From NCBI GenBank assembly GCA_004431415.1, contig QPMI01000005.1, positions 868,001 to 932,000 of the forward strand: a stretch of DNA of 64,000 nt, written 5' to 3'. Positions 57,412 through 64,000 of this stretch are shown one piece after another. The first letter of the stretch is position 1, and each line of letters starts with the position of its first letter. A program made the position numbers and the translations under genes. The DNA comes from Cyanophora paradoxa CCMP329. Taxonomy: Eukaryota; Plantae; Glaucophyta. The notes beneath the pieces were generated by a model that was not told the DNA's origin, made no database searches, and saw only the letters and a list, made by a program, of their open reading frames with translations.

Positions 57412-58940
57412 CTATACACTTCGAATAAATGCACCTGTCACATCCACTCTCATGGTTGGTGTATTAATATATACCAGTGGATAAATACGAATATACCTTG
57501 TCCTCAGAGGGTAGCCAATATAGAAAACGTCTCTAATAGAGGTTGGATACCCAGAACTGTATGAGACATCCCCACTGTTGTGGGCATTATTAATAGTTTC
57601 ACACATAAACACTCTATTCACACCTTCATACTTGATAAATGACCAGGAAACACCATCTTGTGAGGTTGCAACATTGAAGGTCTTAACAAAGGCATTGGTC
57701 ACACCAGAACCATATGCAATTATAGATGCTACCTCAAATATATATGGGAAGGATACTTGCAGATACTCAGTGGGAACACTCCATATCCCATCAGGAGCAG
57801 ATGCATTTGCCTCCCAACCTGTTAAGGAAGGTCTTGCTTTAAATGCCTCCCTTCCAATTTTTGATGATGATGCAGTGAATGCACCATCTGATAGAAGATA
57901 CCAGTTAGCATCAATGGGAGGTATGTTATTCAGAGTGGATGATATATAGAACCTTGCAGGGTTCTTGATTTCGTAATTTGCAACCAGTAAATCACAGAGT
58001 CTATCAATCATCACAGTGTTTGCTGCTATATACATTTCAGTTGCATCTATCATATCTGGGATCTTAGAGGTATCATCCAGAGAGTTTACTATGGTCTTTG
58101 GAAGTGGAACAGAGAGTCTATAATATCTTGCATATCCTTGGTCATCATTATATGGGAGAAACTCTTGCATCTTTTCCAGGGCTGAGAGTTCACTTGCAGC
58201 CATCAACATATTAATTAATGGACTTCCAGAGGTGGAAGCAATCCATGAGAGGATGCCCCAGCTGTTGACATCTTCATAGGAATATCCCACATTGGGGGCA
58301 TCTGTTTCATTGACCTCACCACAGGATATACTTATCACTATAATATCATCATCATCATCATAGATCTTTTTAGCATGGCTGTAACCACAAACACTGGGAT
58401 TGTTGTTACCTGATATTGCACCATCAATTAGAGACATCCCATCATAGTTCACAGGTGAGAAGTAAGTAGGTGCAGCAGAGGTGGATCTTGCAGCAATCTT
58501 GCTGGGGATGGATTTGTAGGAATTATCATTGGTGATAAAGATGGGCTTCATACTCACAGTATCAAAACTTGTTATCACTACATCTTTTAGAGAGTCTTGA
58601 ATGAGAGACTCACCAGTAACAGTGAGAATGGCTGTCTCCAATGGGGTCACATCATACTTGGTGTTGAAAAGGGCATTATCTATAATATTTCTGGGATTAG
58701 CAAAGATTAAAGGCAATTGATTGAGATAAGTGGAATGCAAATCGGTTGCAGTGAGTTTAGGTTCGTTTGGAAATTCGGGATTTTTCACATTGAGACCAAT
58801 TGCAATAATCCCACCAGTGGATGTACCACTCACCAGGTCAACAAGATCTATTACTCTTTTTCCTGTTCGAGTTCAACAAGGTCAACAAGATCTAACAAGA
58901 TCTATCCACCTGAGAGACTGAGAATTACACGAAGGGGCAT
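57412..58940 (-). pseudogene. Patatin-like phospholipase fused to a C-terminal F5/8-type C (discoidin) domain; N-terminus disrupted
   Basis: MPLRVILSLSGG* then GTSTGG, SAAPTYF, DGA; C-terminal YLQVSF..VKTFNVATSQDGVSW..TRYIRIYP..MRVDV. Confidence 0.85.
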
Positions 58941-58989
58941 CTTTACTTAACTCAAATTTAATAAATCTCTATAAGTAGAGTAAACAGGG

Positions 58990-61900
58990 ATGAGTTTCAA
59001 TTATCCAGCAAACCTACAAACCATTCCCTCATCTGGAAGAGGGAAGACAGATAACAAACATGTGAATTTCGATAACTTGACAGCCAGAGGGTCAATCTCA
59101 ATTGATCACAGTGCAGATGAACCCTCAAAGACTCACCCAAGAGAGCATGCACTTTCAATAAACGAAATGGATCCCGAAAAAGAGGATGTGAGTGTTGCTT
59201 TCAGCATGGGGAATGTGAAAGCGAATCAAGTAGCCCAGATTAAAGCAACCAGGAGCAGACCAAGAAAACTGAAAACCAGTGGAACCCATCCAGATATTCC
59301 AACTCGATTCGATAGTGGTAGGTTAATATTCAATGTTCAAAATGAGGAGGGTGGGCATCAGAGTGGTTTAAGAATCTATAATGAAGGATCAAATGCAATT
59401 GCACAAATTCCCGAAATATTACAGATAGCCCCCCATGGAGAAACCAACAAAATCGAGTTCACTAACAATGTTTATCCACGAGATATTGTGGCGAATTCGG
59501 CTTCTAATGCGCAATTCGGTTTCCAACTACCTGGTGATACAGCAAAGAATAAGGCGTCTATCACTGTCAACAGTAGCCCCACTCAACCAGTAACAATTCA
59601 TTTACACCCAGATCTTGTCGAAATGGATAGGCACCTTTTACCTCTGGTAACCAACACCAAAGATCTTGGTATCAGAACCAGGCAATGGCGAAATATCCAT
59701 GGAAGCAATGTCTATGCAAATGGAGAGAAACTTGTAAGTGAGAAGACCATAAGAGAGATCTTTGAGTATTATGGACCTGTCCCAGTTCCCTTCCCTCTTC
59801 CATGGGATCCACCAGATTTAACACCAAAAAAGCAACCAGGAAGAGAATACACAGCAGATGAGACAGTTCCCTTTGGGCAACACATTGTGAGTTGGGAGCA
59901 GGTTCGAAATAAACCGATAATTGAACCAAGAAAGCAAATAGATGAGCAATATTTACCTCCTGAAATCGATATTTTGGAGCTTGATGAATACCAATTCGTC
60001 CCAGATGAGGAAGAATATTTACCAGATGGTTTCGACCCACAAGAGTATGAATATGATCAGTATGACCCCAATGAGGAAGAGTATCTACCAGATGGTTTAG
60101 ATCCACAAGAGTATGAGTATGAACAGAATTATGAACCCCATGAGGAATATTTAGCAGATGGTCTCCAACCACCAGTTGTTGATTATGAGCAACCATATGA
60201 ACCCCATGAAGAATTATTACCAGATGGATTTCGACCTGAGATTTGGGAATTCTTCCCTGATTGGGAGCAGATCAACAATAAACCAGCCAGATTTCCACCA
60301 GAGGATCACAACCATGACTGGGATGAGATCTTAGGGAAACCAGAGAAATTCCCACCAGAGGATCACAGGCATGATTGGGGTGATATCGATGGGATACCAA
60401 CTGAGTTTCCACCAGAAGATCACAGGCATAAATGGAGCGAAATAGATGAGAAACCGAAATTTGCATCAGCAGGTGATGATTTCGACACCTTACATGGAGT
60501 TACTCTCTACCAAAGTAATACCATACCAGAAAGATTACGATTAGATGAATATTATGTGAATCGTAAAGGGATTGATGCAGGCACCACAATGGAAGGTGAA
60601 TTATACATCAGACCACCTACAAGAATGCAGATAATTGCAGCAGGCGGAAATTTCGGTTTGATGGACACCAAACCAGGTATCTATTTAACCAGTTACTATG
60701 CTGATGACATCCCAATGACAGATAGTTTAATATTATCGCTTCCATCTGATCCAGCAAACTATGATGATAAAGATGCAGCAATACAAATTAATGTTACTGA
60801 TGTTAGTGACTTAGATAGTTCAAGACCCAAATTAATATTCACCAGAGAGAGATTGTTACCCAATGCTCTCATTGGAAATCGAGATGACTACAAGAGATGC
60901 GAAATGTCATGGATTAAAACAAATTATAATGGTGGAGTGGGTGAGGGAGTCTTAGAAATCAATCAGAGGGCAGCAGCAAAGAATATTCACAATGAGACTA
61001 TATCAAGAGTTGTAACAGAAGATTACATGCAAGCCCAAAACTATATTGATCAAACAGAACTTAATACTATTATTGCAGGAATAAATATTGGTGTGACAGG
61101 TGATTACCTCCCTCTCACAGGTGGGATTATTGATGGAACAGTAACAGCATGCAATTTCTTTGTCCACACTGAAAGCAATCAAACCTTCCCTGTGGTTCAC
61201 CCAGGAGGTGAATATGAGATACCAGATGATCCAGCCATAATGCCCATTAAAATCGATCTCCCTTCTGATTATGTGGGAAGGGGTGAACTAAAAACTATTT
61301 CATTCACAGGAGATTATAATGATCTCCTGAATAAACCAACTGCTGCAAACTTGCACCCTGTTGCTTATTCAGGTAGCTTCCTTGATCTAAATAATAGATC
61401 ACACACTCACACAAAGGCAGAAATCACAGATTTTGCACACACTCACACCAAATCCCAGATCACAGATTTTGCCCACTTCCACACCAGAGCAGATATTACT
61501 AATTTCGCTCACACTCATTTTAAATCTGAGATCACAGATTTTGCACACACTCACACAAAGTCACAGATTACAGATTTTGCACACAGTCATGTAAAGAGTG
61601 AGATTACAGATTTTGCACACACTCATGTCAAGAGTGAGATTACAGATTTTGCACACACTCACACCAAAGGTGAGATTATAGACTTTGCTCATACTCATAC
61701 TAAGTCCCAAATTACAGATTTCGCACATACCCACCTTTGGGGAGATATTACAGATCGACCTACTCTGGATCCATTCACAGCAAATAATATCACTGCAAAT
61801 GCAAACCTTCTCATTGGATCAGGTTACTTTCTCGATTATGACCCATATATTATGCCTGATCCTCCTGTGATTTGGAATTTCCACAATTCAACCCTTTCTA

Positions 61901-62331
61901 CGAACTCTATATCATACTATCAGGATAAAACCCTACTTGTTCGTGGAAATGCATATGCAAGAGAAATGTGGGTCATGGATCCTCGGGACAATTCAAAGGT
62001 TACTAAGCTGGCTCCTCAATACATGCTTGATAACCTGATTAGAAAAGGGAGACATGAAATGACAATTGCAAATCCTCAAATTGGGGGCAGTTCAGCAAGG
62101 CAAAACCATACCATTACATTAAATTGGAGTCCTGCCTTTGCATCTGCTCCATCTGTTGTTGTAACATTGCAGGGACTACCTGCAACAAATGTGGAAATCG
62201 ATTATAAAATAGGAATATCAAGCAACTCAACAACCTCTACCACAATCAATCTTGTTATTTGGGCAGCAGGATGGGTAACCATTCAACCACAGTGGCTTCA
62301 AATTGCAATTCATTGGATAGCAACAGCATAA
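58990..62331 (+). CDS. Fibre/spike-like protein with acidic, PPEDHxH and HxH repeats
   Basis: EEYLPDG repeats, FPPEDHxHxW x3, GDYNDLLNKP, YLPLTGG, 10x HTHTKSQITDFA-type units. Confidence 0.75.
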   Translation: MSFNYPANLQTIPSSGRGKTDNKHVNFDNLTARGSISIDHSADEPSKTHPREHALSINEMDPEKEDVSVAFSMGNVKANQVAQIKATRSRPRKLKTSGTHPDIPTRFDSGRLIFNVQNEEGGHQSGLRIYNEGSNAIAQIPEILQIAPHGETNKIEFTNNVYPRDIVANSASNAQFGFQLPGDTAKNKASITVNSSPTQPVTIHLHPDLVEMDRHLLPLVTNTKDLGIRTRQWRNIHGSNVYANGEKLVSEKTIREIFEYYGPVPVPFPLPWDPPDLTPKKQPGREYTADETVPFGQHIVSWEQVRNKPIIEPRKQIDEQYLPPEIDILELDEYQFVPDEEEYLPDGFDPQEYEYDQYDPNEEEYLPDGLDPQEYEYEQNYEPHEEYLADGLQPPVVDYEQPYEPHEELLPDGFRPEIWEFFPDWEQINNKPARFPPEDHNHDWDEILGKPEKFPPEDHRHDWGDIDGIPTEFPPEDHRHKWSEIDEKPKFASAGDDFDTLHGVTLYQSNTIPERLRLDEYYVNRKGIDAGTTMEGELYIRPPTRMQIIAAGGNFGLMDTKPGIYLTSYYADDIPMTDSLILSLPSDPANYDDKDAAIQINVTDVSDLDSSRPKLIFTRERLLPNALIGNRDDYKRCEMSWIKTNYNGGVGEGVLEINQRAAAKNIHNETISRVVTEDYMQAQNYIDQTELNTIIAGINIGVTGDYLPLTGGIIDGTVTACNFFVHTESNQTFPVVHPGGEYEIPDDPAIMPIKIDLPSDYVGRGELKTISFTGDYNDLLNKPTAANLHPVAYSGSFLDLNNRSHTHTKAEITDFAHTHTKSQITDFAHFHTRADITNFAHTHFKSEITDFAHTHTKSQITDFAHSHVKSEITDFAHTHVKSEITDFAHTHTKGEIIDFAHTHTKSQITDFAHTHLWGDITDRPTLDPFTANNITANANLLIGSGYFLDYDPYIMPDPPVIWNFHNSTLSTNSISYYQDKTLLVRGNAYAREMWVMDPRDNSKVTKLAPQYMLDNLIRKGRHEMTIANPQIGGSSARQNHTITLNWSPAFASAPSVVVTLQGLPATNVEIDYKIGISSNSTTSTTINLVIWAAGWVTIQPQWLQIAIHWIATA

Positions 62332-62356
62332 TTAAGATTCTCACACTATTACAAAG

Positions 62357-63391
62357 ATGACCTCTCTATTAGAAATCCCAAATTATGAACTTGCAGCCAA
62401 ATCACTCCACAGCACCTCTCATGGAGTAGTTGATTCAACCCCTGGGTATATTTGCACTGAAACTACAAGTAATACCTCTTTCACAGAGAATAATATACTC
62501 AGAGTCAAAGAAATTCGATGCGATCGAAATGGAGGCAAGATTAGAACCACAGGCATTATAATCTCGAATAAAAATCAGGTTCAAGCAGGTCAAGTAGTCC
62601 CCGATTCAGCAATATATGATAATGTGGGTGGATTCACCACAGCACAGATAGTTACTTTTGGTAACACAAGTAATACTTCTGCTCTTGTAGTTAAAAGTGG
62701 AGGAGCATACATTGGTGATGGAGCAAATGTAGCAGGAACTCTGACAGCAAATCAATTGACTGTGAGTGGGACAAGTTCATTTACAGGATTGATGACCTTT
62801 AATGGTGGTCTCTCAGGAAATGTTCAGTATACAACACTCACAACTAACACAAGAATTAATGCACCTGAAATAGGTAATGTTTCAGATACGAACATGAACT
62901 ACAAACGAAATGGAAATACAGTGTTCACTCTTGAAAAAACAATAAACAATATTCAAACGCTAAGATTTCCAACAAATAAATATTTGAAAAGGCAAGGATG
63001 TCCAAGGTTCATGGTTGGAATTCCAAGTAATTTAATGATTGGATATGTATTGTTTCCAGCAAGTGGAATTGTTTTGAATCATGGAGGATGTTTTGATACT
63101 ACGGGAACAACAGGTGCCTTTACAGCTCCAATTGCAGGATACTATCGATTTTTCTTGTTTGGACATGGTGGGACTAATGGAAATCATACAATCAGTTTCC
63201 ATAAAAACAATGCTAATATAAATATTCAAAGCCAGCTGCATGGAGTTGGTGGTTCTATAAGTTATAATTTCTATTTCGATCCTATAATCCAGCTACAAGC
63301 AAACGATTCTATCAGAGTGTTTTTAGCTTCAAACGTATCAACAATGAGATTTACAGGCACATTTGGTGGAATGTTAATTAGCTTGACTTAA
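62357..63391 (+). CDS. Fibre-like protein with a C-terminal gC1q/TNF-like head
   Basis: VLF..IVLNHGGCFDT..GAFTAPIAGYYRF..IIQLQANDSIRV..TFGGMLI. Confidence 0.75.
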   Translation: MTSLLEIPNYELAAKSLHSTSHGVVDSTPGYICTETTSNTSFTENNILRVKEIRCDRNGGKIRTTGIIISNKNQVQAGQVVPDSAIYDNVGGFTTAQIVTFGNTSNTSALVVKSGGAYIGDGANVAGTLTANQLTVSGTSSFTGLMTFNGGLSGNVQYTTLTTNTRINAPEIGNVSDTNMNYKRNGNTVFTLEKTINNIQTLRFPTNKYLKRQGCPRFMVGIPSNLMIGYVLFPASGIVLNHGGCFDTTGTTGAFTAPIAGYYRFFLFGHGGTNGNHTISFHKNNANINIQSQLHGVGGSISYNFYFDPIIQLQANDSIRVFLASNVSTMRFTGTFGGMLISLT

Positions 63392-63415
63392 TATATATAT
63401 CTTAAATATAAAAGA

Positions 63416-64000
63416 ATGTCCACTCAAATAGCAGTCCCTGTTTTTTGTTATGCAGCCCCGAAATTACATCAACTCAACCATGCAGTAACAGATGCAACCC
63501 CAGGGTTTATTTGCACCGAAACAACAGGAGCAGATTCATTTTCTCAAAACTCTGTGATCAGATGCAAAGAAATACGATGTGATCGAAATAATGGAAAGGT
63601 GAGAACCACAGGTCTCATAGTTTCAAACAAGAATCAAGTTCAAACTGGATCGATTGTCTCAGATTCAGCTATTTATGATGATGTGGGAGGGGTCACCACA
63701 CCAAAGATTGTGACTTTTGACAACACCATCAATAACTCAGCTCTTGTGGTAAAAAGTGGAGGCGCTTATATTGGAGATGGAGCAAGAATTGATGGGAATC
63801 TTACAACTAATCAAATCACAGTAACAGGAATAAGCACATTTACAGGATTGGTAACAGCAACAGCAGGTATCTCACTACAAAATGCAACACATGATGTGGT
63901 GACAGCAACAACCAAGGTAAATACACCTGAAATTGATACAGGAGCAAATGTTAATCTCCTGTTGAAACGCAATAGCGATATAATCGCAACATTGGAAGCT
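63416..64000 (+). CDS. Paralog of the preceding fibre-like protein (3' truncated by the window)
   Basis: Open to the window end; TPGFICTETT..KEIRCDRNNGKVRTTG..SNKNQVQ..SALVVKSGGAYIGDGA matches the 62357 ORF. Confidence 0.85.
   Translation, partial: MSTQIAVPVFCYAAPKLHQLNHAVTDATPGFICTETTGADSFSQNSVIRCKEIRCDRNNGKVRTTGLIVSNKNQVQTGSIVSDSAIYDDVGGVTTPKIVTFDNTINNSALVVKSGGAYIGDGARIDGNLTTNQITVTGISTFTGLVTATAGISLQNATHDVVTATTKVNTPEIDTGANVNLLLKRNSDIIATLEA

Larger units (their letters stand above)
17782..64000. mobile_element. Endogenous Polinton-like virus/Maverick ('outer'); right end beyond the window
   Basis: Abrupt GC-to-AT switch inside a host exon; intronless compact ORFs for MCP, pentons, A32 ATPase, pPolB, rve integrase and D5 primase-helicase. 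Left boundary is uncertain by 1-2 nt because no right end or TSD is visible. Confidence 0.9.

Overview
Eukaryotic (protist-like) genomic window with three nested layers. (1) 1-~17781 is a GC-rich, intron-rich host gene for a very large surface receptor/adhesin: CUB repeats, IPT/TIG repeats, GGA(I/L/V) beta-helix repeats, a Cys-rich stalk and then TM helices. It is cut off inside an exon. (2) From ~17782 to beyond 64000 lies an AT-rich, intronless endogenous Polinton-like virus ('outer', >23 kb after removing inserts). It encodes two penton-like proteins, a major capsid protein, an A32-like packaging ATPase, a PrimPol-D5/SF3 primase-helicase, a protein-primed PolB, an rve integrase, a patatin-discoidin protein and fibre-like proteins. 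It starts with a perfect 28-bp hairpin topped by three GCGAAGC mini-hairpins and carries iteron-like origin candidates. (3) Two independent, same-orientation copies of a second, minimal ~11.5-kb Polinton-like virus ('inner') are inserted at 24667-36181 (TSD TTTCA) and 38254-49772 (TSD GATATT). Each has 404-bp TIRs, and both sit inside outer-virus genes only 2.07 kb apart; one splits the outer primase-helicase. The inner virus encodes an integrase, a PolB-SF1 helicase-HNH fusion, a penton, an MCP, an ATPase and two small ORFs. The two inner copies carry different penton alleles. Inner and outer viruses are distant at protein level yet share a 40/41-nt non-coding core and a ~60-aa polymerase N-terminal domain, suggesting a satellite/hyperparasite-helper pair. 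Most single-base frameshifts look like G/C homopolymer sequencing errors. All family assignments come from motif recognition by eye; no searches were run.
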